Below, piece by piece: positions 13,068 through 25,429 of a stretch of DNA of 64,000 nt (the first letter of the stretch is position 1; the number at the start of each line of letters is the position of its first letter). The translations under genes were made by a program, and so were the position numbers. Source of the stretch: Octopus bimaculoides (taxonomy: Eukaryota). Below the pieces are notes generated by a model, which saw only the letters and a list, made by a program, of their open reading frames with translations, had not been told where the DNA came from and did no database searches. The DNA lies in assembly GCF_001194135.2 (NCBI RefSeq), contig NC_068989.1:21820036-21884035 (forward strand). Direction: 5' to 3'.

Positions 13068-13219
13068 ATATAAGGTCATTACTACAGAATAATGCCACAC
13101 ACTAGACTTCCCAAATAAACACAATTAGTACTGAACGCGAGGAATTGCTTTCCTCACATTCGGTACTAAATGTGTTTATTTGGGAAGTTTAGTGTGTGGC
13201 ATTATTTTGTAGTAATGCC

Positions 13220-13226
<7 letters not shown>
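13068..13226. repeat. Near-perfect ~150-bp palindrome (probable hairpin MITE)
   Basis: The 68-bp arms 13077-13144 and 13150-13217 are reverse complements with 6 mismatches, around a 5-nt loop. TA-rich flanks. Confidence 0.9.
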
Positions 13227-13276
<50 letters not shown>

Positions 13277-13939
13277 GATGACAGGGTTTTTTTCACTATC
13301 TTTCTAAATCCAATCAAATGGCTTGGGTCAACCAGGGGTTATAGTAGAAGACATTTGCCCAAGGTCCCCTGCAGTGGCACATGGTTGGGAAGCAAACTTC
13401 ACAATCACACAGCTATGCCTGTGTCAAAATTTCCCTCTAGTTGCTAAGAAGTTAAAAAAAACAAGTATCCCTCAGATATGGAGTTAATATAATTGACTAT
13501 ATTTTCCTTCGCAATTTGTGGCCTTGTGCCAATTTTAAAAATAGTTATTCAATTATCTCGTTTTCTATTTCTTAGAATGATTTTCCGGAGAAGGAAATCG
13601 TCTGTAGGCTAAAAATGAAGATATAGATCAAGTTATTTAGCCCTAGGCAGCCCTGATTCAGCAGATCTCTGATCAAAAAGTTTTCAATTGTAACTAGACT
13701 ATCAGTTTTTATCTATGTATAGTGTACTCCAGACTACACTACCTAATACGTCCTTCCCATTTCTACTTCAGTAGCATGTGGTTTGCGGAACATTCAGCTA
13801 CTGTTTCTAACTAAATAAGCAACCAAATTGATTTAATTTTGATCAAATAAAAAGATTTATATTTTCCTGGTCTAGTAGAAGGGTCTGTACTGGTATCTTT
13901 CACTGGCCCCCTAAGACCAGCAACATGCATTGATAATAT

Positions 13940-14879
13940 TCCTCTTAAATGGTTGCAAATAGATGACTACAAATAAAATACATTCTGGGAAGGAAGGTAG
14001 AGAGAGACCTTAATGGGGAATGAGGATTTAAATGATACAGATAATGAAAGAAAGAGAAGCAAATTGGGAGTGCATAAGNNNNNNNNNNNNNNNNNNNNNN
14101 NNNNNNNNNNNNNNNNNNNNNNNNNNNNNNNNNNNNNNNNNNNNNNNNNNNNNNNNNNNNNNNNNNNNNNNNNNNNNNNNNNNNNNNNNNNNNNNNNNNN
14201 NNNNNNNNNNNNNNNNNNNNNNNNNNNNNNNNNNNNNNNNNNNNNNNNNNNNNNNNNNNNNNNNNNNNNNNNNNNNNNNNNNNNNNNNNNNNNNNNNNNN
14301 NNNNNNNNNNNNNNNNNNNNNNNNNNNNNNNNNNNNNNNNNNNNNNNNNNNNNNNNNNNNNNNNNNNNNNNNNNNNNNNNNNNNNNNNNNNNNNNNNNNN
14401 NNNNNNNNNNNNNNNNNNNNNNNNNNNNNNNNNNNNNNNNNNNNNNNNNNNNNNNNNNNNNNNNNNNNNNNNNNNNNNNNNNNNNNNNNNNNNNNNNNNN
14501 NNNNNNNNNNNNNNNNNNNNNNNNNNNNNNNNNNNNNNNNNNNNNNNNNNNNNNNNNNNNNNNNNNNNNNNNNNNNNNNNNNNNNNNNNNNNNNNNNNNN
14601 NNNNNNNNNNNNNNNNNNNNNNNNNNNNNNNNNNNNNNNNNNNNNNNNNNNNNNNNNNNNNNNNNNNNNNNNNNNNNNNNNNNNNNNNNNNNNNNNNNNN
14701 NNNNNNNNNNNNNNNNNNNNNNNNNNNNNNNNNNNNNNNNNNNNNNNNNNNNNNNNNNNNNNNNNNNNNNNNNNNNNNNNNNNNNNNNNNNNNNNNNNNN
14801 NNNNNNNNNNNNNNNNNNNNNNNNNNNNNNNNNNNNNNNNNNNNNNNNNNNNNNNNNNNNNNNNNNNNNNNNNNNNNNN

Positions 14880-14913
<34 letters not shown>

Positions 14914-15400
14914 ACACAATGGGCCTCTTTCAGTTTCTGTCTACCAAATCCATTCACAAAGCTTTGGTTAGCCCGAGGCTATAGAAGACACTTGCCCAAA
15001 GTGCCACGTAGTGGGACTGAACCTGGAACCATGTGGTTGGGAAGCAAGTTTCTTGCCACACAACCACGTGTGTGCCTATATCATTGATTGGCAATACCAC
15101 ATTGGAAGATATGAAATTTCTGTTCATGGAGCCAGTGCTGGTTTGGCGTAATGTATGTAGGATGCATATTGGTTGCTGCCATCACCTCTCATATGTTGGA
15201 AGCTAGCAGAGTCATGGAGGTTGCCTTTCTTGAGAACAAGACACGCTCTATCCTGTTTCCGAAAGAGCTTAGTACAATTGATGAAGATTATGAAGAGAAG
15301 GAGGCTTAATAACAGAAGGAATATTGAAACTGATGTATTTCTAATGTGAATGTAATATTGTGGTGTTTAGCTTTAAGTCAAAATTGATCAAATAGACCTA
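13940..15400 (-). mobile_element. CR1-like LINE relic, paralogous to 47400-48750, interrupted by a gap and a SINE C head (14920-15075)
   Basis: 13940-14078 aligns with 47400-47550. 15085-15400 aligns with 47965-48050 and 48590-48750. Confidence 0.65.
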
Positions 15401-17072
15401 AGACCATCTTTTTTATTTTTCATTTTATTTTTAGATAGCCTATCTATATTATTAGGAAGCAGCAGTAAAAGGTGACTTCAAGAAGCTGAACCTTATGAAA
15501 GCAGTAACAAAGGACAGCACAAGTAGCAAGATGCTATGCAGAAAAATGCCCTTCCAACCCATGCAAACATGGAAAAATGTATGTAAAATAATATCTAGGA
15601 CTATATTATCACCTGCATCCTTACTAAAGGAGTGTTTAAATTTACTAAGTACCAGAAGTTCACAGCATAAAAAGTTTCAGCTATTACAAAATATGTGCAG
15701 TGATTGAAGCAATATATGAAAGGATGCAAAGAATAGAGAATTCAGGATACATAAAGTGGGTTTAGACAGAGGACCAGCTTGTTATAGTAGTAATAGAAGG
15801 CAGAGACAAAGAGGAAAGTGGGTGAGATTATGGTTCAAGTACATGAGGAGAATTTGCTAAATCAGCCAAATAGCCTTCATTTTTGAGCAATGCTACCAAG
15901 GGCATTCACATATGTAGTAGTAGTATTGTTCAAGATTTCTGAGCAGTAGTCTTTCAATCATAAACATTGGGGACTTATTGAGTTAGGTGCCATTATTACA
16001 CTGTAGGCTGAATATTTGAAAGCCAATCTTTTCTGAACTTTATTCTATTCATTCCAACTGCTTTATTTTTAACTTTTGAGTGTAAATGATCTTCATCTGC
16101 TAAAAGTAGCTGGCCCAAATAAAATTCCAGCCTTGTATTTAAAAAAAAAAAAATAGGAGGCCTCAATTCTAATGCAGTTATTCAATTATTTGTCTCAAGG
16201 AAGTGTTTCTTAAGTGCATGGATGAAGTCTATAGTTTGCTGTTTTCAAAAATTCTAGCAACAGTTTTTTTCCATCTCAACATAGGTCAATTATGGGAGTA
16301 TTAAAGTTAGTCTTAATAATTCATTATTTTTATCTTACAGCATGATAATTATAAAATTATGTTAAATTCAGTTGAATATCAGTGTCAAAGTGTTTTGCTT
16401 TTTGAAAGTCAGGATGTATTGCACAAGTAAAAATGATGGTGGGACAGTGATCTAAATAAATCTAGCTGCTTGCAAGTGATTTTACACAAGGAGACAACAA
16501 ACAGGTCTCCAAACCATCAAAGATGAAATAAAAATGAATGAACATCACCATTACACATGGATCTTAAGATTAATTCTTGTGATTAGTAAAACCGTTGCTA
16601 CACTCCATGTCAATCATAATCAGGCTAATGTTCAAAGTCATTCTAGTTCGATCATATAGGCATAACATATCTAAGATTAGATTATGTTATGTAGCCATGC
16701 TCTTTTCAAGATAGCTGCGTGTAATTTGAGAGAGGTTTATTGAATGGGACAACTGAAAACAGGATCTGAGAGTAGTTCCTTGCCAACAGCATGTAATCAT
16801 AGCTCAGTCACTACTCCTATGAATTGGGTAAAAGCTTAAACAAAAGACACCAGATTTTTTACTAATAGAGGACTACCATGATACCAGCAACACAGGCATT
16901 AAAAATGGGTTTCTCTTCAGCTCTGATAGTTTAGCAACTGTTTTCTCTGTGCTACTTATAATAAGGATCACTGCTTAAGGTTAGAGCATATCACTGCCCT
17001 ATACAATAAGTTATGAATTAGACTGCTAAAATGCTTTAGAGTAGCTTCTTTAGTTTCTTTGTTTACATAACC

Positions 17073-17270
17073 CAGCATTTCTCAACTGGCATTCCCTGGA
17101 ATCCTAGGGTTCCGCAAAAGGTTTCTAGGGGATCCCCAAGAAAGAGTGAGATAAGTTAATGATAATTTCATGATCATAATATTACTATACATGCACAACA
17201 TGTTATAGGCTATTGTAATATAGACATCATCCTATCTAACCTATTATGTTATCAAAAAAATATAACCACC

Positions 17271-17305
<35 letters not shown>

Positions 17306-17475
17306 TATACATATGTATGTATGTATGTATATATGATATTTACCATGTGAACTACGATGAAAAAAATATGAGAAAGATATGGTATATAATTTTTTTTTTT
17401 TTTTTTGTGCAGGGGTTCCTTAAAACATGTAATTTATTTTAAGGGTTATGCAAGGGTAAAAAGGTTAAGAAACTG
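17073..17475. mobile_element. hAT-type MITE with internal (TA)n
   Basis: Imperfect TIRs cagcatttctcaac / gttaagaaactg. Perfect 8-bp TSD ACATAACC at 17065-17072 and 17476-17483. Confidence 0.85.
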
Positions 17476-20400
17476 ACATAACCTATGGGTGCTATATGTG
17501 TGTGCCACATATGTCGTAAAGAACAGTTTACATAATAGTTAATACCAAGATTCTTTAAGGAGGTAGGGTATGATGAGAGATTTAAGTGCTAATCTTAGCA
17601 TGTCAAATTACTTTATAGAAACATCCTTCAACACTTGAAAGGCTCTCTCATTGGTCCCTTTTAAATGTTTATGACGTTGTTTGTAATAGAAAAGTTGCCA
17701 AATTATACAAAACCTGATAGATTAGCTGTACTCCTTATTAATGGGCATATTTTCTTTGTTTTTGTCAAATATTCTAAATTAAGCCTTCAGTGAGATTTAC
17801 GCATGTGGTGCTTTAGAAATAGCATTGATATATTTGTATGTTGCACTTATAATTTAGATATTACATACAAGAAATAGGAATATCTATGTCATGTATGATA
17901 TACAATAGAGATATAGCAGGTGGAGTGGGATTACTCCCCAGGTGCAGGGGCAGTGCATAATTTTCCTCTGGTTTACCATGACTGTTAAGTAAAGCATCAA
18001 AAGAATCTCTGCTCTCAGATGCTGAGGTCTCTTAGTATGTAATTGGTATTGAGTGATTTTCTCTAAAATTGCTTGAAGTTTAGGTGTAACTACATTTGCT
18101 TACAACAGCTAAGCTGTCCTACAGCTATTTTGTAGCTTATGTATCCTCGGTTGCAAACAGACTCGTGTGGTGTTTTGAGTGATGTGAAAGGCCATAATGG
18201 TTGGAATGCTATTACAAAAACAAACAAACAAAAAAAAAACAATCTAGGAAAGTTTTATTGTAAATTATATATATTTGACTGTATGTGGTCTTCAAGGAAT
18301 GCTTGAAATAACTTTGTAATAAGTGGAAAGTGGAGAAAACAGCCCAATGTTGTTCTATTGATTCAATATTAAAAAAAAAGATAACAGTTAAAACTAAATG
18401 AGATGAGTTACAAAGTAACATAGTTTGTATATGGAAAGAAGTGTAAACTATGTGAGATGAGTGTTTAGCCCACGGAGAGCTTTGATAAGTATGGCAGTTA
18501 AGCAATAAACAGAAATTTTTTGCTTTATCATGCCAAGGTCCCAGCTGTGCATTCCAGGATGTAGTCTGACAGTTTGGACATACTGTATTCAGACCATGAT
18601 CCACTAATTCCGTCTTCTTGCAGACTTTGGTGGTGATCCCAAGAGAAATGTGGGGATGGTGGACTTGGTCAAAACATGACAGTTGCTCTTCTTTTGCATT
18701 TATTTACCAGTGTATGCAAACCAACATGTTTTTGAGAATTAGAAAAGTTATTTGATGCAACTGCCATCTGTATGTTAAGAGGAGCGGGTGTATCTTTATC
18801 AGGACCGAGTGGGAAAGATAGTATTTTGCAGACGTGTTGCGAGTGACCATGCAAAAATGAGAGGTGTTGTCAGGGATGGAATTTGATGTGACAAAAGAAC
18901 AAAAAAAAAAAAAAAAAAAAAAAAAAAGGCCCATTCATGTCCAGGTGATTACTTTGCATATTTTTGTTTCATTTTTATACATGGATTAAGCATATGGTTT
19001 GTGTGCAATCTGTGATGACACAAAATGAAGTTGGTCTTTGCAGTTTGTTATGGAGATATTAAGGTCTCAGGCAAGACTGGTAAAACTGATGATAAATCAA
19101 ATGTACACTCGTGTCTTTCTCTTATTCAAATACAGAGCTTGCAATTGCTTTTAGTGTGCATAATAAGCCTTTCACTTCTTTAACTATGATTCTATGTGCT
19201 GGGGATGATAAGGTACAGTGTGTAATTTGTAGTGACTATATTTTACATATGCAGTATTGTTATGCAGTTGAGTGTAAGAATTGTTTATATTTGGTGTTTC
19301 TGGTAAGAATTTGGTGTGTGCATTCAGATTAATTTATCAAATGTAATGCTCATTTATCTTGAAGCTACAAAATACTACTAGCTTCAAGATTTTGAGGATG
19401 TAATTGTTTATTTTTAGAATGACATTGTGAGAGGCTGGATCTGGCCAGTTTCAACATGAAACCTGTAGAATATTTGGGCTGGATATGGCTAAAGGGTTAA
19501 AGTTGGTCTGGACACCAGATTTCTAAGTAACTGATGTATGGTCAGAGTGGTTATGGGTCTTTGTCTGGAGAATTACAGGATAAAGTAGCTAAAATGTAAT
19601 GTGTATGAGACTGAATGTATGCTTTGTGGAACTGAATAGACACAAATTTATAAGACAAATTCTTGTGGTTCTAAATTCAGGAAATCACAGATTCTCAACA
19701 GCACAACTACAAGTTTGTGAGTGTTTTAGTTTTAAGGGCAAGTGTGTATTTGCCTTATTTTCAAAAGGAGCATCTGCTTAAACCAGTTCGTGTACATATT
19801 ACACCTGTCCCATTTCATGCCATATTTCTATACTTTTTGTATAGTAAAGTTTTATATTGATGCCTCAAACTGAAGGACATTCAACTGCCCATGTGTTTTG
19901 TCCAGGAAATGAAAAAAAAAAATATGTAAAACTGAATTTGATTTGAATTAATTCTGTCAATGACTATTCAGTTTTCCACTATACATTTTTTTAAAAATTG
20001 AATATTATTTATTTCCTGGAGAGCAGAGAGGTGTCTTACTGACAAACTATTGTTCCCAATCAGATCGATGGTAAGGTTACATTTGATTAGTAATATCTTG
20101 ATTTCTGTTCTTATTGGTCTTCTTCATTCTTTCTTGTCCAATACACACACAAAAAAAAAAAGAAAAAACGCACAGACACTGATCAGGTAGGTAAGGCTTA
20201 ATGTGTTCATTTAATTTTTGTGCAATATCAAAAGATGCTTTTACAGAATGGCAAAACAGAAAAAAAAAATTAATGGAATTGGTAGGGGGAGGGGTAACGA
20301 GCAATCCCTTACAATACTGTTCAACTGTTATTTTTAGCAGCAGTCATGTGCTAGCTCTGTCGGTCAGTTGCTTTTACAGTCAAAGAGTAAAATATATCTC

Positions 20401-21741
20401 GTCTTAAAACAAGATGTGAAAAAAATAATTGAAAAACAAATTATTTTCCAGATTCGCTTATTTCCATATGAATAGTGAAAAATTCAGAGTTCGATAGTAG
20501 TGATGGATTTACAAAAAGGTGAAAATTTGGTATTTTGAAGAAAACTATATTTACAGAATGGTAATTTCAGATGTATTACAAACATGACAGTTTAAAAAAA
20601 AATAATGAAAAAGAAAAAAAAAGTAGGGTTGGAGGATTAAAAATGTTAAAAGAAAAATAGCAATTATTTTTCTAGAAAGATATTTAAGAAACTCGAATAC
20701 CAAAGAACGACTATTATGGTTAAACCGAGCACTTTGTTCGGTTTAATAGTAATAGTTATTCTGAACTAATCTGAAACTTGGCTGACTATAACAATTTCAA
20801 GCTTCCAAGGTTAGGGATTTTCGGAGGTACGTTTCCTTGCAATGTAAAAAAAAAAAAAAGAAGTGCTGAAATAATCATTATTTCGCCACATCTTGTATGG
20901 GCGAACGAGCAAACTAAATTATATATTTATAACTACTTATGGTCAGCGATTTTGAGGGAAAAGAAAAACTAACACGATGTATGTGGGACTTGAACGAAAA
21001 GACGGTAGATATCAAACTACACAAATGGTCATGTATGTGCCATAAAGGGATAGAGAGATGAGATACAGTAATAGTCATTTTTTTTTCTCCAAAGGCACGT
21101 ATAGCGATGTAAGTGAACCTGTACACAAGCGAAAGTGGACAGTAGACATGGGTTAGCTAAAACAGAAATAATAGGCTATGTCGGCAACAGTTGGTTTCGT
21201 TCTAAAATGGTTTATTAAGATTCATTTATGGGGTGCATGCAAAGCAGTCAGGGAATTTCCAGAAAACAACGACGATGCCAATGCTGAAGGGAAAGGAAAC
21301 CTTTTAAACGACCAAACAACAAATCTTATATCTTTTCTATCTCGTCCCACCAACTTTTTACGGCAAAATTATAAAAGCAACATTTCACATATCTTCCATA
21401 GTAAATACAGAGATAAATACNNNNNNNNNNNNNNNNNNNNNNNNNNNNNNNNNNNNNNNNNNNNNNNNNNNNNNNNNNNNNNNNNNNNNNNNNNNNNNNN
21501 NNNNNNNNNNNNNNNNNNNNNNNNNNNNNNNNNNNNNNNNNCGAGGATACTCGGACAGTGTTTGGTGTGAAATATAAAATGAAAGTCGTGTGAGAGAGAA
21601 AACATGGTAAATGAAAAGCGAAAGGAGAGGGTAAATAGTGCATTTTTATAGACAACACGGTTACATTTAATAGTCTTGAGTGAGTTTATGTTGGCAGAAC
21701 TGAATAGGTATAGGCAGAACAAGAAACAACATTAAACATAC

Positions 21742-21798
21742 CTTGTATTTGTCAAAACCGGCAAGAATAGACGGTGTGAGACCGACTATATCAGCCAT
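21742..21798 (-). CDS. Candidate first coding exon, 19 codons (MADIVGLTPSILAGFDKYK), phase-0 donor; product unknown
   Basis: caagATGGCT start context (YY1-like AAGATGG) and donor AAG|gtatgt. CpG-rich surroundings and a CCAAT box 62-66 bp upstream. The start is duplicated at 52558. Confidence 0.55.
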
Positions 21799-21900
21799 CT
21801 TGATAGAGCAGACAATATTGTAAATGCGAGCGTTTGATCGGTAATATATGCTCTATTGACCAATCAGAGATGCCGTTGCAAAAGACTGTTGGGATTTATG
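21799..21900 (-). promoter_or_regulatory. Candidate promoter: CCAAT box (21860-21864) plus a GA-rich tract upstream
   Basis: attgaCCAATcaga in CpG-containing sequence next to the ATG exon. A purine-rich GAGA tract follows at 21900-22200. Confidence 0.45.
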
Positions 21901-22225
21901 CAATGACGGATAGAGAGGCAGTGAATGGGATGGACGATATGAAGACATAGAGGGGGAAGAGAAGGAAGCAGAGAGAGAGATTAAAAAAAGAGATAGAGAG
22001 AAAACGAACGGGAGAATAGAAACAAAGCATGAAAGACAGACAGGGGGGGAGAGAAGTGAAGCAGAGAGACAGAGAGAGAGGGACTACGTATATGAAGAAA
22101 TAGAAGAAAAAGAAATAAAAAGTGTGAGACAGGTATTTAGTCAATGAAACGAGGGAAAGAACGAGATACAGCGGAAGTAAACAAAAACGTACAATGAAGG
22201 GGTGTGTGTGTTTATACGCGCAAAC

Positions 22226-23526
22226 AATTAGGACCAATATAAAGATCCTCACCAGTTAACGAAAACAAAAAATAAACCCCAGCCTGCTGGGTGTTAACAA
22301 CTGTGTAGAAAACGAATATGAAAAAAAAAATTGCACAAACGAACCTAGGGGTGGGGAGATCACAAGATCTTCAGATTCTCCATAGCCGAAAACATGGGAT
22401 TCCGTAAAAAAAAAAATAAAAAAAAAATCAATATATATCCATTTTTCTGAAAGTTAGGGAAAAATCGGAGGAGGTTTCTGATTTGGCGGGCGCCACTTTT
22501 TATTTAAAATTTTCTCAATAACACTAAAGGTGCACATTTTATAGGGGGAATCGCATGACCGTGATATGTAGAATACATTATCGAAAGCGAAAATCGCCAA
22601 AATGAAAAAATAAAAAAGTTACAGCGGTTTTCCCAGTGTCTAAACCCAATGTGCATCACACTAAGAGTAAAAGATGTTTTGTATGACACATTCTACCAGT
22701 GTACCAAGTTTGAAAATGTTTCGATAAGAAACGTTAAGAAAACAAGTAGCGCCCGCCAAATCAGAAAGATCCGCATCTGATTCTGAAAAAAAATTTGTTT
22801 GTAAAAAAAATTCAATTTTTCAACAAACAAAAAAAAAATGTCCCAACCCCCTCCCAATTCTACGGCCTTGGCCTTCGAGCAGGCTACCCACATGCTAGAA
22901 ATAACAGCCAAATCTCACAAAACTGCGATAACATAATGAAAGAAATATGTAATCAATCTACTCACCTTTCTGCAAAAATTTCTTTCAGAGTAATTTCCCG
23001 CAGTAATATGACAAAGTAATTCATGTGAAATTAAAGTGTTTATTTTTTATATTTTTTTGTTTTGTTTTGAAAGTTACAAAAAATATGAGTACAGAAATAA
23101 CAGCAAGCTCTTTTGAAAAAAGAAAAGTAAAAATAGCAAAGAAATACTGTGACAAAGTGAAATTAAAGAGAATCATTTGACCAGCGCAAAACATCGTGTG
23201 TTTGTGGAACTGAAAATGGCCTTGCTCATTTGAGATTTGGCTGTTATTTCTAGCATGTGGATAGCCTGCTTGAAGGCCAAGGTCGTAGAATTGGGAGGGG
23301 AGGTTGTTGCGTTTATTTTATTTATTTATTTTTTAATATATATCCATTTTCCTGAAAGTTATGAGGGGGAATTGGGTCTTGTGAATTTTCCGAAAGTCCT
23401 CTCCCCACCCCCAGAGTCGTTTGCGCAAATTGATTTTTTTTTTTTTTTTTTTTTTTTCATATTTGTTTTCTACACAGCAGGTTTTGTTTTCGTTAACGGA
23501 TGAGGATCTTTATATTGACCACAATT
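22226..23526. repeat. 1.3-kb foldback structure with three pairs of inverted repeats
   Basis: Outer arms 22226-22367 / 23377-23526. Perfect 19-bp IR 22475-22493 / 22749-22767. ~75-bp IR 22844-22917 / 23231-23306. Confidence 0.8.
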
Positions 23527-25429
23527 AGTGTTCGATAAAACAGATGTGTAACGAAATACTTGACACACCAATAATTTAATGTCCGATTTCATTGTAAAAA
23601 AAATATTAAATATGCAAATTTTAGTTTACTCAAATCTGTAATATACGTGGGTTGATAAGCAATGCATTGGTGGATAGTTACAGGTGGTACACTGCTGCAG
23701 CAGGAAACTCCTAAGAATCGAAACGAATTTACAGCTGTTAGCCTTATCCCAACACCGACTTTTTTTTTCGGTCTGAACAAATATTGTGCAGACGAATTGT
23801 TTATAATCGTCCTAACATTACCAGTTGGCTAAAAAGGAAAAAAATCCATCCTCATCAGCATCATCAAAGAAATTCCAGAAGCCTGGAAAATAGTTACATG
23901 AAAGATATTGAGAACGATTCCAGCTTATAAAATATATTCCAATAGCTACTATCACTGTAGCAATAATAATTATTATTCCAGTGAGGCATGAGGTTTTTTT
24001 TGGGGGGGGGCGTATAATTTACGAAAAAAAAAGAAAATCTGTTAGAATCATCAAAAGGTTTCATTTCATTTGAAGTTCATGAGAAAAAAAAATTTCTCAA
24101 ATGAAAAAAAGTAGCGTGTACGGTTTATATCAATGAGTTTGTATTTCTCACAAAACCTATGGAAGATGGAAAAACAGAAACCAAAAACCATTATTTTCTG
24201 TAAATCTTTCTGCATTGCATTTTATAGTCATTGAAATTTAAAGTTGTGATTATCTCCCTTGTCATTTTTAACAAGAATTAGTCATTTGGAAAATTACTAT
24301 TCTCATCACAATTTTAAAATATCTCACCTTACAACATCAAGTATATTAGCAACAACTAAACTATTAAATCTATTTTACAGTTTCTTCAGCTACTAGACAA
24401 AACAATAGAATTTAAAAACAAGCAATAAAAAGGTGTATGGACATGACAGAATATATAGACTTCACACAATGAGAGTGCATGCGGCAAGGCAGTTATCATT
24501 CCATCTTTATTCAAATGGTATATCGATAGAAACATTATCTAATGGGTTAGCTTTTTTTTTTTTTCATTAAATATGTGAAGAGGGATTTGGTTGTTGTTTC
24601 TAATAGGTTGCACTCTGACATAGTGACTCCTCCACAAGGGTCATTGTGTTTACCATTATGTTCAGCATGAAAATGAGACAGTGAGAGCTGTGATGGAAAT
24701 ATGTAACACTAGTACAGGGCCTCAATTTTAGTGGGTAGGAGAAGACAATTTAACTGAATCAATATTTGCCTGGTTCTCCCTTTTATTATCCAGCAGAAAG
24801 ATGCATATTAGAGGTGACTTCAGCAGAATTCGAATAAAGAAATATATCCAAATAACAAAAGGCATTCTATTCACTTGTCTAAGGATTCTGTTAATCCAGT
24901 TCCTCTTGACGAAAGAAAAATGCCAAAAGAGAAACTGCGAGAAAGAGTAATGCATTGTCTTAAGCAAGAAAAGAACAGAGGCTTCCTTAAATATCAAAAC
25001 TCTTCAAGATATGTGAAGTGTGATGCAAGTTGGAAAGAAAAAAAAAAACCTTAGAAAACAAGAAAAGTCAAAGTTTATAAGGAATGGTTGACTGACAGAG
25101 CTCCCTTCCCTCGCCAAGAGGAAAAGGTCAGAAGTGGGAGCTGAGAGGTAAAGAATGGCAATTGGATAAAGAGAGTATAGTACAATCCAGTAAAAGCCAG
25201 TTTTAAATGTGTGTGTGCATTTAGTTATAATAAAAACTATTTTACATTAATCTGATGGGTTACTCTATACTTTTGTAAAGTACAAATTTATATTCATAAA
25301 TGAGAATGTTGTTGGCAGTGATTTTGAAGTTTCAACCAGTTAAGCCATGATCAGACTGTGATGTATTAGAGTTAGTCTTATATATTTTTGCTCCCATTTT
25401 TATACATAAATATATACACACCTATATCA

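Noticed and set aside
11604-15087. Long ORFs of 200-350 aa (also at 10129-10581, 21178-21722, 45307-45654 and 51852-54032)
   Set aside because: They are open only because they run through N gaps.
21178-21570. Duplicated plus-strand ORF MSATVGFVLKWF... (also at 51852)
   Set aside because: Its identity simply reflects the identical DNA core. It has no recognisable domain and lies antisense within the putative first intron.
23612-23770. Octamer ATGCAAAT plus a downstream T-run suggesting a Pol III ncRNA
   Set aside because: The spacing does not fit a distal sequence element, the terminal stem is poor, there is no resemblance to known small RNAs, and T-runs are ubiquitous here.
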